NCBI GenBank assembly: GCA_051251915.1
Contig: JBPOGF010000009.1
Coordinates: 90,842 to 154,841, forward strand
Length of the DNA: 64,000 nucleotides
From: Akkermansiaceae bacterium
Lineage (GTDB): Bacteria; Verrucomicrobiota; Verrucomicrobiia; Verrucomicrobiales; Akkermansiaceae
Reading direction: 5' to 3'
Shown here piece by piece: positions 1 to 10,699 of this stretch. How positions within the stretch are numbered: the first letter of the stretch is position 1; every line of letters starts with the position of its first letter. The notes under the pieces are model-generated. The model saw only the letters and a program-made list of their open reading frames with translations, had not been told where the DNA came from and ran no database searches. A program made the position numbers and the translations under genes.

Positions 1-1
1 A

Positions 2-799
2 GCCATCACCAACCAGCTAGACAAATTCGAGCTCATCACCCTACTAGACAAACCAAACGACCCCTCCAGCTGCTACCTCACCATCAACTCCGGAGCCGGC
101 GGCACAGAAGCCTGTGACTGGGCAGAAATGCTCATGCGTATGTACACCCGCTGGGCCACAGCCAAAGGCTACAAAATCTCATCCGTTGACTACAAAGAAG
201 GAGACACCACAGGCATCAGCGCCGCCACCGTCAAAGTCGAAGGAGAATACGCATACGGCTACCTCAAAAACGAACGCGGCGTCCACCGCCTAGTCCGCAT
301 CTCCCCATTCGACTCCGCAGGAAAACGCCACACCTCATTCACCTCCATCGATGTCACCCCAGAAATGGACGACTCCATCAACATCGAGATCAACCCCGCA
401 GACCTAGACATCCAGACCGCACGCTCAGGCGGTGCAGGTGGCCAAAACGTCAATAAAGTCGAAACCGCCGTCATCCTCAAGCACAAGCCAACCGGCATCA
501 TGATCCGCTGCACCCAAGAGCGCTCCCAGCTCCGCAACCGTGAAGTCGCCATGGAAATGCTCAAAGCCAAACTCTATCAAATCGAAGAAGACAAACAAAA
601 AGCCGAGTCCGAGCGCGCCTACGGCGAAAAGGGCGACATCGGCTGGGGCAACCAAATCCGCTCCTACGTCTTCCAACCCTACCAAATGGTAAAAGACCTC
701 CGCACCGGTGAAGAAAGCGGCAACATCCAAAACATCATGGACGGAGAAATTGACCCCTTCATCGAAGCCATGCTTAAGGGACAAACAAAATCCAAATAA
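2..799 (+). CDS. prfB: Peptide chain release factor 2 (5' part outside window)
   Basis: Frame is open from nt 2 ([11 protein letters not shown]...[16 protein letters not shown]). Contains [11 protein letters not shown] (SPF anticodon tripeptide of RF2), [16 protein letters not shown] (GGQ) and WGNQIRSYV. Confidence 0.96.
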   Translation, partial: AITNQLDKFELITLLDKPNDPSSCYLTINSGAGGTEACDWAEMLMRMYTRWATAKGYKISSVDYKEGDTTGISAATVKVEGEYAYGYLKNERGVHRLVRISPFDSAGKRHTSFTSIDVTPEMDDSINIEINPADLDIQTARSGGAGGQNVNKVETAVILKHKPTGIMIRCTQERSQLRNREVAMEMLKAKLYQIEEDKQKAESERAYGEKGDIGWGNQIRSYVFQPYQMVKDLRTGEESGNIQNIMDGEIDPFIEAMLKGQTKSK

Positions 800-809
800 C
801 TCAAATCTT

Positions 810-1802
810 ATGACCTACACAGCAGACCAAGACAGATACGACGGCAGAATGAACTACAACCGCTGTGGCAGAAGCGGCCTTAAACTCCCTGAAATCTCCC
901 TCGGATTCTGGCACAACTTCGGCGATGTAGATGACCTCACAGAATCTCGCGCCATCATGCACCGCGCATTCGATGCCGGCATCACCCACTTCGACTTCGC
1001 CAACAACTACGGACCACCTCCAGGCTCCGCCGAGACCAATGCAGGAGAGATCCTCAGACAAGACTTCAAACAACACCGAGACGAACTCATCATCTCCTCC
1101 AAAGCCGGCTACCACATGTGGGACGGCCCCTACGGAGAATGGGGTTCTCGCAAATACATCCTCTCCTCCCTGGACCAGTCACTCAAACGCCTCCAGATGG
1201 ACTACGTAGACATCTTCTACCACCACAGACCAGACCCAGACACCCCACTAGAAGAATCCATGGGAGCACTCGCCACCGCAGTCAACCAAGGCAAAGCCCT
1301 CTACGCCGGCATCTCTAACTACCCAGCAGAACTCGCCGCAGAAGCCATCACCCTACTCAGAGAAATGGGCACCCCATGCCTCATCCACCAAGCAAAATAC
1401 TCACTCCTAGACCGCTGGATTGAAAACGGACTAACAGACACCCTAACAGACAGCGGCGTCGGTTGCATCGCCTTCTCCCCACTCGCCCAAGGAATGCTCA
1501 CAGACCGCTACCTAGCAGGAATCCCAGCAGACTCACGCGCCGGAAAACAACACGGCTTCCTGCAGAAATCTGAAGTCGAAGAACAGAAAACAAAAATCAT
1601 CCAACTCAACGAAATCGCCAAGCAACGCGGCGAATCCCTCGCCTCCATGTCACTAGCCTGGACGCTCAACCACCCAACCGTCACCTCCACACTCATCGGA
1701 GCCAGCAGCGTTGCCCAACTCAACGAAAACCTCACAGCTCTAAACAGCCCAGCCTTCTCAGATGGCGAACTCCTAGAAATAAACAGCATCCTAAAACACT
1801 AA
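810..1802 (+). CDS. Aldo/keto reductase, L-glyceraldehyde 3-phosphate reductase (MgrA/YghZ-like)
   Basis: CGRSGLKLPEISLGFWHNFG, GITHFDFANNYGPPPGSAE, WDGPYGEWGSRKY, FSPLAQGMLTDRY. Start moved to ATG 810, after the prfB stop. Confidence 0.9.
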   Translation: MTYTADQDRYDGRMNYNRCGRSGLKLPEISLGFWHNFGDVDDLTESRAIMHRAFDAGITHFDFANNYGPPPGSAETNAGEILRQDFKQHRDELIISSKAGYHMWDGPYGEWGSRKYILSSLDQSLKRLQMDYVDIFYHHRPDPDTPLEESMGALATAVNQGKALYAGISNYPAELAAEAITLLREMGTPCLIHQAKYSLLDRWIENGLTDTLTDSGVGCIAFSPLAQGMLTDRYLAGIPADSRAGKQHGFLQKSEVEEQKTKIIQLNEIAKQRGESLASMSLAWTLNHPTVTSTLIGASSVAQLNENLTALNSPAFSDGELLEINSILKH

Positions 1803-1825
1803 ACACCCCATTAAATCCTCCCCCC

Positions 1826-2080
1826 TTACCTACCCCGCATGCCTCTTATAAGCCACAAAACCGCATAACCACAGATCGGAGCTATCTTTAAACTTCTCTC
1901 CTCAGCATAAGCCACCACCCCCTTCATCAACCGGCCCGCAGTCCCCTTGCCTCGCAAAGCAAGATCAGCCTCCACATGATGAATGCTCATCACACCATCC
2001 GCGATAGTGTAGTCAGCAAATGCCAACTTACCCTCCTCGCTTAATTCCAGCCGCTGCCGTTGCTGATTATCAATAATCAT
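1826..2080 (-). CDS. Small GNAT-family acetyltransferase (YjdJ-like)
   Basis: 84 aa with LRGKGTAGRL acetyl-CoA loop and a C-terminal PICGY motif. Confidence 0.8.
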   Translation of the reverse strand: MIIDNQQRQRLELSEEGKLAFADYTIADGVMSIHHVEADLALRGKGTAGRLMKGVVAYAEERSLKIAPICGYAVLWLIRGMRGR

Positions 2081-2194
2081 ATTCTCACACGTTTAAACCC
2101 AGCCAGCACTCCCGCTCACTAGTCTACCTAACAATCAAGAAGCACTCATCTTGGTCGGAAGAACCTCCGCTCTCCCCACCTTAAGATGATCCAC

Positions 2195-2566
2195 CTAGTT
2201 GATAAACTTAATCGTCCCCACCTTAGTAGGATCCTCACCACGAGCCATTGCCTCATGCTGGGCATCAGTACAAGCACTATCAGTTGGCGCATCAGCAGCT
2301 TCCTCACTAGACTCAAGCAAACCATTCTCAACCATCCAATGCTCCACCTCTTCGCCAGAAACATCAGCTAGCATCGTGCCATTCACCTCCACACAAGGAC
2401 TAAGCGGCTGGCCACTCTTCTGCTCCATTTCCCAGCGAAACGCAGGATTCTTAATGATGTCCTTCTCCTCAAACTCAAGGTTATACTTACGCATTACCGC
2501 GCGCACACCCTCACTCCATCCACAAAATGTTTTTAAATACGTTACAATTTTTATCTCTTGGCTCAT
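2195..2566 (-). CDS. Glutaredoxin-like protein (monothiol CGWS)
   Basis: YLKTFCGWS active-site loop, then KSGQPLSPCVEVNG, typical of the Grx fold. Confidence 0.8.
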   Translation of the reverse strand: MSQEIKIVTYLKTFCGWSEGVRAVMRKYNLEFEEKDIIKNPAFRWEMEQKSGQPLSPCVEVNGTMLADVSGEEVEHWMVENGLLESSEEAADAPTDSACTDAQHEAMARGEDPTKVGTIKFIN

Positions 2567-2698
2567 TTTCTTTATAATTCGTTGTTAAATTCTTCCTCAA
2601 CCTTACCCAGACTTTCACCAAATGCAACCACTTGCCCCGAAAAGTAGGCAGAGAATGATAAAAAATAGCCAAATTTACAATTTTTCGTAAAAAACAAT

Positions 2699-2727
2699 TT
2701 GCAATTCCCTCTAAAATCAGATAGCTC
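2699..2727 (+). promoter_or_regulatory. Putative sigma70 promoter of rplS
   Basis: TTGCAA-17 nt-TAGCTC, about 60 nt upstream of the rplS ATG. Confidence 0.45.
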
Positions 2728-2786
2728 TTCGCCCCGCAACTGCACCTAGAGTGCATTTCTCTAAAAATTTCAACACAGACATTCCG

Positions 2787-3131
2787 ATGAACATCATCAA
2801 TAAAATCGAGCAAGAGCAGCTCAAAGACGACGTAACAGATTTCAACGTAGGTGACACAGTTAAAGTGCACACACGCGTTGTCGAGGGTGGTAAAGAGCGT
2901 ATCCAGCTTTTCGCTGGACTCTGCATCGGCCGTAAAGGTTCAGGCGTTAACGCATCATTCACTATCCGTAAGATTTCATACGGTGAAGGAGTTGAGCGTG
3001 TATTCCCAGTCCACACACCACGTATCGCTAAGATCGAAGTTACTGCTCGCGGCAAAGTTCGCCGTGCTAAACTTAACTACCTTCGTGACCGCGTAGGTAA
3101 AAGCGCTCTCAAAGTGAAAGCCGCTGATTAA
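2787..3131 (+). CDS. rplS: 50S ribosomal protein L19
   Basis: [50 protein letters not shown]. Start taken at ATG 2787. Confidence 0.97.
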   Translation: MNIINKIEQEQLKDDVTDFNVGDTVKVHTRVVEGGKERIQLFAGLCIGRKGSGVNASFTIRKISYGEGVERVFPVHTPRIAKIEVTARGKVRRAKLNYLRDRVGKSALKVKAAD

Positions 3132-3170
3132 TCCAATTTTTTATAAGTTTTTTTCATAGTAAACTTAGTT

Positions 3171-3207
3171 AAAAATCGACCACTCATTGTAGTGGTCGAT
3201 TTTTTTT
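3171..3207 (+). terminator. Intrinsic terminator after rplS
   Basis: AAAAATCGACCACT-cattgt-AGTGGTCGATTTTT followed by further Ts. Confidence 0.85.
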
Positions 3208-3361
3208 GCGCCCCCCCTCCTCTCCATCATACCAACCTCATGACACCCGCCACCCCACAAGCGCCCACATACATTAGCTCTCCTAAGCTCTCACAAATAT
3301 TTATAACTCAGCCCCTAAATCCTGCTGTTCATCGGGCAGGTTTGTGCTAATTTTTTCACAC

Positions 3362-4264
3362 ATGAGATTCCCTTGGTACATCTATGCCCCACTCAGCCTA
3401 CTCGTCACCTTCCTGACGCTCTACCTCTGCGTCAAAGACCACGACATCGTCACCCCCCCGACCCCGCAAGAAACCGCTGAATCACTTCGCATCTGGAGAG
3501 AAGACAACCCCACCATCAGAAACACCAAGCTCACAGACATCCCACCCGCAACACCCAAATCCCAACCAAAGCCTAAACCCGCAACACCCAAAACCACCCC
3601 CAAGCCCACCCCAGAACCAAAACCAAAACCAAAATCAAAACCCATCGTTAAAATCCCCGAGACCTCACCAGCCCTAAACTCACTAGTAAGGCTTAACCTC
3701 ACCACCCAGCAACTCACCGCCTACGCTGAGAACATGCTCAAAAACAACAAACCCCAACTCGCGCGCATCGCCTACGAGCGCATCATCGACTGCGCCAAAG
3801 ACGCCACTGCCAACAACCGAAAATCCGCCGCTACCGCCATCGCCAAGCTCCTAGACAAAACCCCACTCTGGACCCCAGACCCATCAGCACGAAAAAAACT
3901 TACCCTCAACCTCACTCTAAATAGCACCTTCAGCAAAGAATCCGCAGACACCATCACCCAGCTAGAAACCCTCATCTTCGACTCCTCAGACGGCACCCTA
4001 GAACCCAACATAAAACTCACCTCCAGCACCGCCCCTCTCTCCTCACTTAACCTAGGAGAAGGCACACTACTCGTCACATTCAACATCAAAAACAGCTCAG
4101 AACTAAACCCTAAAATTCTATCAGCCCTCTACTACTCCATCAGAAACAAAAACAACCAATCCCAAAAACTTACCTCCATCCCAGAAATCCCCACACACAT
4201 CCCCCCCAAGCAAGCACTCCAGACCTACATCACCCGCCTCGCCTGGATCAATGCCGCTCAATAG
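3362..4264 (+). CDS. Hypothetical membrane-anchored protein with Pro/Lys/Thr-rich linker
   Basis: N-terminal hydrophobic helix, (PK)n linker, then a helical region. 13 nt upstream of the M16 peptidase. Confidence 0.7.
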   Translation: MRFPWYIYAPLSLLVTFLTLYLCVKDHDIVTPPTPQETAESLRIWREDNPTIRNTKLTDIPPATPKSQPKPKPATPKTTPKPTPEPKPKPKSKPIVKIPETSPALNSLVRLNLTTQQLTAYAENMLKNNKPQLARIAYERIIDCAKDATANNRKSAATAIAKLLDKTPLWTPDPSARKKLTLNLTLNSTFSKESADTITQLETLIFDSSDGTLEPNIKLTSSTAPLSSLNLGEGTLLVTFNIKNSSELNPKILSALYYSIRNKNNQSQKLTSIPEIPTHIPPKQALQTYITRLAWINAAQ

Positions 4265-4277
4265 AAAAATTAATTTT

Positions 4278-6800
4278 ATGAAATTCCCCAACACCTCAGC
4301 CACCCTCCACACCCTCGACAACGGACTCCGCATCATCCTAGATCCAGACTCCTCAGCCCCCGTCATCTCCACCCAGATCTGGGTCGCCACCGGCAGCATC
4401 CACGAAGACAACTTCATGGGCGCAGGAATCTCACACCTCCTAGAGCACATGGTCTTCAAAGGCACCAAATCCTTCACCGGTGAAGAACTCTCCCAGACCG
4501 TCCAAGCCGCCGGCGGACAATGGAACGCCTACACCAGCTTCGACCGCACCGTCTACTACATCGATGGCCCAGCTGAAAGCGCAGAAATCTTCCTCAAGTC
4601 TCTAACAGAAATGGTCTTCCACCCCACCTTCCCAGAAGACGAATACGAAAAAGAAAAAGACGTCATCCGCAGAGAAATCGACATGGGCCTAGACGATGCA
4701 GACAACGCCTCATCCCGCCTCCTCTTCTCCACCGCCCTCGCAGACGACGCCCGCGCCCAGCCAGTCATCGGCCACCTAGACCTCTTCAACCGCATCACCC
4801 ACGCAGACATGGTCGGCTACCACCGTGACCGCTACACCACCGAAAACGCCTTCATCTCCATCTCCGGAGACTTTGAAACACCAGAAATGTTAGAAACTCT
4901 CAACACTCTAACAAAAGACATCAAACGCTCATTCACCAAAGCCGCCATCCCCGCCAGCGAACCCAAACAACTCGGCCAGCGTAAAGCCACCGGCACATTC
5001 TCTATCCCCGCCACCAAGCTAAACATGGCATGGCAAACCGTCTCACTCTCCCACCCAGACTCAGCCGCCCTTGACCTACTCTCCGCCATCCTCGGCGGCG
5101 GCAGATCATCCAGACTCTACCAGAGCATCCGCGAGCAGCAAAACCTCTGCCACCACATCGGCTCATGGAGCTGGATCACACCCCAGCCCCCAGGCCTATT
5201 CTGCGTCAGCGCAGAAGCAGAAACACACCAGATCCCAGCCCTCCAAAACGCCATCTTCCAAGAAATAGACTCCCTCAGCCACGCCCAGCTAGACACCGAG
5301 CTCAGCAAAGCCAAGCGCATGTCCCTCTCCTCCCAGTTCGCCACCCTCACCACCGCATCCGGCAGAGCATCAGACCTCGCATCAAACTACCACGAAGCCA
5401 GAAACCTCAACTTCACCAGCGACTACCTCCAACGCATCGACCAGATCACCGAAGCCGACATCCGCCGCGTATGTAAAAAATACATCCTAGACCGCTCACT
5501 CCTCACCATCACCACCATAGATCCCATCGAAAAGGAATCAGACAAAAAACTTACCCCCAGCTCCACCAAAAAATCCACCCAGCGGGACATCACCTCCCAC
5601 ACCCTCTCCAACGGCCTCACCCTCCTCCTCTGCCCAGACCACCGCACCCCCACCGTCTCCATCCAATCCGCTATACGCGCCGGAATGCCCAGCGAGACCA
5701 TCAACTCAGCCGGCGTATCCACCCTCCTCTCCACACTCCTAACAAAAGGCACAACAACACGCTCCGGAGAAGAAATCGCCACCACCCTAGACTCCCTCGG
5801 CGCACGCATCTCAGCCTCCGGCGGCAACAACACCTCACTCGTCTCAGCCTCCTGCCTCACCCCAGACCTAGACACCGTCCTAGAACTCTTCGCAGACACC
5901 TTCACCTCCCCAGCCCTCCACCAAGAAAATATAGACCACGAGCGTAACACCCAGATCTCAGCACTAAAAGAACAAGACGAAGAACCCGTCAGCCTCGCAC
6001 TCCGCACCCTCAAAGAATCACTCTACTCTAACAACGGCTACGGCATCAACCGCCTAGGCTCCGAGGAATCTCTAACCCACCTCACCAGACTAAGCCTCCA
6101 CGCCCACCACGCCTACCACTACAACGCCGCCAACACCTCAGTCGCCATCTTCGGTGACATCGACAAAAACAACATCATCGACCTCGCAGAAAAACACCTC
6201 TCCGCCATCCCAAAAGGAAACAAATTCAACTACCCTAAACAAAAAATCACCCAAGGCACCGAGACAAACCTCACCCTAGACAAACAACAAGCCATCCTCA
6301 CCGTCGGCTACCAAGGCACCGCCGTCGGTGACCAACACCAACACGCCCTAGACCTCATCCACGCCTGGTGCGCAGACATGGCAGGCCCACTCTTCACCCG
6401 TATCCGAGAAGAACTCGGCCTCGCCTACTACTGCTCCGCCACCCAGTTCCACGGCTCCAACACCGGCTTCTTCGGCTTCTACCTAGGAACCTCACCGGAG
6501 CAGCTAGACCAAGCCCGCACAGAACTCTTCAACACCATAGATGAAATCGCCACCAAAGGCATCCCAGAAGCAACCCTCAAAAACGTCAAAACCTCCTGGC
6601 TAGCCAAACAAGCCCTAGCCAACCAATCCAACGGCACCATGGCACAACTCTGCGCCATCGACACCACCCTAGGCCTCTCCCCACTCCACCACCGCCAAAC
6701 CGCCGAGCACATAAAAGCCGTCACCCCAGAGCAAATCAAAGCCGCCGCCCAACACTACTTCGGCAACACCACCCCCACCATCGTCACAGTCAGACCATAA
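4278..6800 (+). CDS. M16 family (pitrilysin-like) zinc metallopeptidase, two-domain
   Basis: Inverted zinc motif HLLEH in GISHLLEHMVFKGT, NAYTSFDRTVY, and a second inactive half with LFTRIREELGLAY. Confidence 0.92.
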   Translation: MKFPNTSATLHTLDNGLRIILDPDSSAPVISTQIWVATGSIHEDNFMGAGISHLLEHMVFKGTKSFTGEELSQTVQAAGGQWNAYTSFDRTVYYIDGPAESAEIFLKSLTEMVFHPTFPEDEYEKEKDVIRREIDMGLDDADNASSRLLFSTALADDARAQPVIGHLDLFNRITHADMVGYHRDRYTTENAFISISGDFETPEMLETLNTLTKDIKRSFTKAAIPASEPKQLGQRKATGTFSIPATKLNMAWQTVSLSHPDSAALDLLSAILGGGRSSRLYQSIREQQNLCHHIGSWSWITPQPPGLFCVSAEAETHQIPALQNAIFQEIDSLSHAQLDTELSKAKRMSLSSQFATLTTASGRASDLASNYHEARNLNFTSDYLQRIDQITEADIRRVCKKYILDRSLLTITTIDPIEKESDKKLTPSSTKKSTQRDITSHTLSNGLTLLLCPDHRTPTVSIQSAIRAGMPSETINSAGVSTLLSTLLTKGTTTRSGEEIATTLDSLGARISASGGNNTSLVSASCLTPDLDTVLELFADTFTSPALHQENIDHERNTQISALKEQDEEPVSLALRTLKESLYSNNGYGINRLGSEESLTHLTRLSLHAHHAYHYNAANTSVAIFGDIDKNNIIDLAEKHLSAIPKGNKFNYPKQKITQGTETNLTLDKQQAILTVGYQGTAVGDQHQHALDLIHAWCADMAGPLFTRIREELGLAYYCSATQFHGSNTGFFGFYLGTSPEQLDQARTELFNTIDEIATKGIPEATLKNVKTSWLAKQALANQSNGTMAQLCAIDTTLGLSPLHHRQTAEHIKAVTPEQIKAAAQHYFGNTTPTIVTVRP

Positions 6801-6812
6801 ACAAATTCAAAC

Positions 6813-8744
6813 CTACCCCCCAAGCCCCTCAATAAGCTCCCCATCAGCATAAGCCTGGATCAGCCCCTCCAGCGCCTCTATCTGCTGCTGAATCTTGCGC
6901 CCACCCTCCGTCACCTTTACCAACCTAGGACTACTGTGCACCCTAATATCGCGCATCGTAGGAATAATATCCTCCCCAGTTCTAACCACTGACACCGGAT
7001 CCTTAAACCCATGATGCTCCGCCAGCTGAATCCCATCTGGACTCAAAATTAACGTGTACCCCCTATCCCCATAAGCCTCAGAAAAGGCACCATCAATAGT
7101 CACAGCATTCCCCCCACGCTTCACCGGGTCCTCCCCGCTCTCCACCTTCACCGGCACATGCCCATTAACAATCAGCCCCATCTCAGGAACCCCCATCTCA
7201 GCACACACCTTATCACAAAAACCCTTATCATGAAGCTTCTCAAAATACGGATTCCGTATCTCCTTACTCGCCGCCTTATCCGCCATGAAATAACTCTCAA
7301 ACGTAGCCATCCTATCCTTCCCAAACAACGGCGACTTAGGCCCTGCCCACAAATAATAAAACCAATCCTTATCAGCTTCATCAGCCCTAGACCCCTTCCT
7401 AAACGCCCGCTTAATCACCCGGTTAAACGCACCAAACTGCTCCACCCCACCACACTCCTCACCATCTATCTCCAACGGCAAATACTCACCCTCATCATCC
7501 ACAGCCAAACAAGCATGAAAGATCACTGCACGGTCACGCACCATCGCCATCTTCCCCCGCTCCGCTACCCAAGTCATATGCTCCCACAATCGAGAAGAAC
7601 TCACAAACGACTCAACTAAACGATCCAAACAATGCTGCTCCTCCTCTGACAACCTATTCGGATCCGCCGGGTCCACAGTAGGGAAATACGTATCTCTCAA
7701 CTCATGAGAAACACCATCCACATCCAGCGCCCCAAGCTCATAATCCACCCGCTTCAAAACATTTCTATCCTCCATCTCCCACTCCGGATGCCTCTCCACC
7801 ATCTGCCCCTCCAGCTTAAACTGAATCACACTAATAGCCTTCTGCATCCGTGAAATTAACAACTCACTCCGCTCACCCCCACGCTTCGGCTTAAAATACT
7901 CCGCCGGATCATCCCCATACGCCTGATTTGCTAAAAGCTCCAACGGCTTCGTCAAAATCCCATATCCCTCCTCTAACTGAAACATCCTCCGATACCGAAG
8001 CGATACCCGCAACACAATCGCTATCAAAGCCTCATGCCCCAGACACGCCCCCATCCAGCTCACATCATGGTTCCCCCACACCAGCGAAACATTACTCTGC
8101 TTCATCAGATAATCCACCACCCAGTCCAGCCTCGCACCCCTATCCCCCAGATCACCAGCCACCACCAGCTCATCCACTGTCAAATTCCTAACAAATCTCG
8201 ATGCCGCCCTCACCGCCAACAAATCCATCCTCCTATTCACCAGCTCCCGCACCTGAGTCGTCAAGAACACCTCATGATGCCCATCCGCAGGGAAATTCAA
8301 CAACACCTCAAACAACTCCCTAAACTCCTTCGGAGCATGATGCCGTATTTCCTTCCTCCGTTTAGTCTTCAACATCATCCGGATCAAATCAAACTGCTTC
8401 CGTAACACATCCAACACCCACTCATACCGCTCTTCATCACAATCCCCAAACTCCTCCACTTTCTTCTGCAACAACTCCGTAGGATAATACAACAAATGCA
8501 AAAACTCCTGGAACTCACCCTCATCCATCCTACCCGCAAACACCTCTCGCACCACTGGTCTCAGCCTCCCAGACGCATTATTGATTACATGCCGTAACTT
8601 CCTAGCCTCACCATGCACATCACTTATCACATGCACCACACCCTTCGGCATCTCCATCTGCGCCTTCAATGCCGCTATCTCAAACACAGCTGACTCAGCT
8701 GTAGGAAATGTCTTCGCCAAAATCTGATGTAATAATTCTGTCAT
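6813..8744 (-). CDS. fbp: Fructose-1,6-bisphosphatase class III (Firmicutes-type)
   Basis: Metallophosphoesterase motifs SDVHGE, GDLGDRG and WGNHD, plus LWAGPKSPLFGKDRMATFE, NGHVPVK and IDGAFSEAY. 643 aa fits this family. Confidence 0.88.
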   Translation of the reverse strand: MTELLHQILAKTFPTAESAVFEIAALKAQMEMPKGVVHVISDVHGEARKLRHVINNASGRLRPVVREVFAGRMDEGEFQEFLHLLYYPTELLQKKVEEFGDCDEERYEWVLDVLRKQFDLIRMMLKTKRRKEIRHHAPKEFRELFEVLLNFPADGHHEVFLTTQVRELVNRRMDLLAVRAASRFVRNLTVDELVVAGDLGDRGARLDWVVDYLMKQSNVSLVWGNHDVSWMGACLGHEALIAIVLRVSLRYRRMFQLEEGYGILTKPLELLANQAYGDDPAEYFKPKRGGERSELLISRMQKAISVIQFKLEGQMVERHPEWEMEDRNVLKRVDYELGALDVDGVSHELRDTYFPTVDPADPNRLSEEEQHCLDRLVESFVSSSRLWEHMTWVAERGKMAMVRDRAVIFHACLAVDDEGEYLPLEIDGEECGGVEQFGAFNRVIKRAFRKGSRADEADKDWFYYLWAGPKSPLFGKDRMATFESYFMADKAASKEIRNPYFEKLHDKGFCDKVCAEMGVPEMGLIVNGHVPVKVESGEDPVKRGGNAVTIDGAFSEAYGDRGYTLILSPDGIQLAEHHGFKDPVSVVRTGEDIIPTMRDIRVHSSPRLVKVTEGGRKIQQQIEALEGLIQAYADGELIEGLGG

Positions 8745-8877
8745 ACAACCATTAAACTAAATTTATCAACATCAAACAATGTCAAATCAAGACATGACAA
8801 AAATTTACCAAAAACACCTGTTCCCACCCCAGCACATGCATAACACACGGCCAAAGCAGGGCAGATGGATTTTACTT

Positions 8878-9741
8878 TTATCTTTTTCTTCTTAGGATGA
8901 AGAGCATCCCAGACATACCTATTAGAAATGTCGAAGAAGGCTCTGGCACAGCAGACACCCTATTAATATCAGCACCAGCGGCAACTTCACTTGCTATCTT
9001 TTGCTGAAGTGATGCAGACACATCGCTAAATGTTGTAGTAACCTGCGTGAAAGCTTCAACACCTCCAGAGCTACCAGCGATCACATTATCGATGAAATAC
9101 TGATTTAGAGCACCACCTGCATTACCAATAGGCAACGCATTAATCATGTCTACTCCAGCGGCTATCGCAGCATCTCGTGCATTTCTTACATTGAGAGCTC
9201 GGTCACCTTCTGGCGGTGTGGCATTATCTTCACCGTCACCAGACACATCGATAATCTGAGCATTACTAGTAAACCCATTTTCCACAAGCCCACCAGTCTC
9301 AGTACCAAATGACGCAGTTCCAGCATCTAAGGCAGAACCTATCGCCGTAGATCCAGAGAACGGCCTAGTCGTAGCTTCTATCAAGTCAGCGAAAGCCTCA
9401 GAACTAGCCTGATCATAAACATGAGTCCAGGCCACATCTAATGACTGATCAGCAGCACCAGACCAAAACATCAGACCGACAGCTATACCGCCTATGTCCC
9501 CGCCCTGTATCTCATCAACCATGCTACCACTATTAAATGCGTCAACATAACCATTCATCATGAGGGTATATTCACTCGAGTCAACACTTCCAGACACATC
9601 AACCAAAAGCAAAAGCTCGGTATCCACTGCCTGTTGTGCCACTGCACTCATCGCACTAAGACCAAGACTTACACCTGCCGCAGCAAGTAGCTTGATCTGC
9701 TTTTTTCTATTTCTTATTCTATTTCTTATTCTATGTTTCAT
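8878..9741 (-). CDS. DUF1194 (vWA-like) domain protein with PEP-CTERM sorting signal
   Basis: Signal peptide, ELLLLVDVSGS (MIDAS DxSxS), IIDVSGDG, and C-terminal VPEPSS-hydrophobic-RRKR. Confidence 0.85.
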   Translation of the reverse strand: MKHRIRNRIRNRKKQIKLLAAAGVSLGLSAMSAVAQQAVDTELLLLVDVSGSVDSSEYTLMMNGYVDAFNSGSMVDEIQGGDIGGIAVGLMFWSGAADQSLDVAWTHVYDQASSEAFADLIEATTRPFSGSTAIGSALDAGTASFGTETGGLVENGFTSNAQIIDVSGDGEDNATPPEGDRALNVRNARDAAIAAGVDMINALPIGNAGGALNQYFIDNVIAGSSGGVEAFTQVTTTFSDVSASLQQKIASEVAAGADINRVSAVPEPSSTFLIGMSGMLFILRRKR

Positions 9742-9880
9742 TTTTTTGTTTCATTTATTGTTCGTTTGGGAGAATTGGGAGCAGCAAGCCACTTAAAATA
9801 AGCAACCATGCTACATTGAATCAGTGAGAATAATGCGTCTCAACGCCTTACCTCATGCCGAATCAGGAGAAATTTATAGG

Positions 9881-10603
9881 CTAAAACGTCATATGATTAA
9901 CTACGGAAGAGTCACTTTTTACAGGACTAATATTGATCTGCACCTCGTTAGCTACCGGCGCTTCAGGCTCCACCACAGTTGAGCGCTCTTCCTGCACTGC
10001 ATAGTTTTCAGGATTCGTCTTCATCAACTTGATGCCAGAAGCCACTGACCCCATACACATAAAGATACACATCAACTTTAGATACGATTGATAAGGAAAA
10101 CTGAATTTCTTAAACACTACACGGGAAAACAAATGCGGCAGCACTAGGCATAACAAGACGACACCAAACAGAAACAAATATGGCATACTCTGAACTGTAA
10201 ACCCCTTTAGTATCATCATCGCACTAATCACACTCACACTACTCAAGATGAGTATCAAATTCCCAAAAATATTAGCACAAAGTTCATGCTGTTTTTTCTT
10301 AGACATCCTAGTTGCTGCATCATCCTGGACATGCTGATAACGTACAATTTTAGTTCTATGACCAGCAGAGCCATTGACTGCAACCTTCACCCTCTCGTCA
10401 GCATCAACTAATTTAGAGCTAACCGCTTCAGGTTCATTAAGCATTGATACTCGCTTTAGGAAATACCTTGAAATCATCAAATCATAGTTCCCGTTACTCT
10501 CCCTCTCAGCCTCAGCTTTACACACAGCATGCAAATTACCACTAGCTATTTCGCTGTCTATGATTGCCATCACGTCCGCGCCGTTTTGTCTTTTATTGTT
10601 CAT
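9881..10603 (-). CDS. Hypothetical membrane protein (about 3 TM helices)
   Basis: 240-aa ORF: soluble N-terminus, then three hydrophobic segments. Confidence 0.65.
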   Translation of the reverse strand: MNNKRQNGADVMAIIDSEIASGNLHAVCKAEAERESNGNYDLMISRYFLKRVSMLNEPEAVSSKLVDADERVKVAVNGSAGHRTKIVRYQHVQDDAATRMSKKKQHELCANIFGNLILILSSVSVISAMMILKGFTVQSMPYLFLFGVVLLCLVLPHLFSRVVFKKFSFPYQSYLKLMCIFMCMGSVASGIKLMKTNPENYAVQEERSTVVEPEAPVANEVQINISPVKSDSSVVNHMTF

Positions 10604-10699
10604 TCTCTATATTTCTTTCTAGTTTGGAGGATAAATTTTACTGTTTTATTAGCGGAAGGGGATAACAGGAGGTCTTAGTTCATCATTATTAAATTTCGG

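Noticed and set aside
1..130. prfB programmed +1 frameshift site
   Set aside because: It would lie near the gene start, upstream of this window, so it cannot be seen.
708..809. Extended N-termini from the ORF track (708, 2751, 4251, 11317, 23464, 28672, 45999, 60360)
   Set aside because: They overlap neighbouring genes or promoters; downstream starts give proper family N-termini or signal peptides.
9742..9880. Sigma54 promoter upstream of the PEP-CTERM gene
   Set aside because: No correctly spaced TGGCAC-N5-TTGC found.
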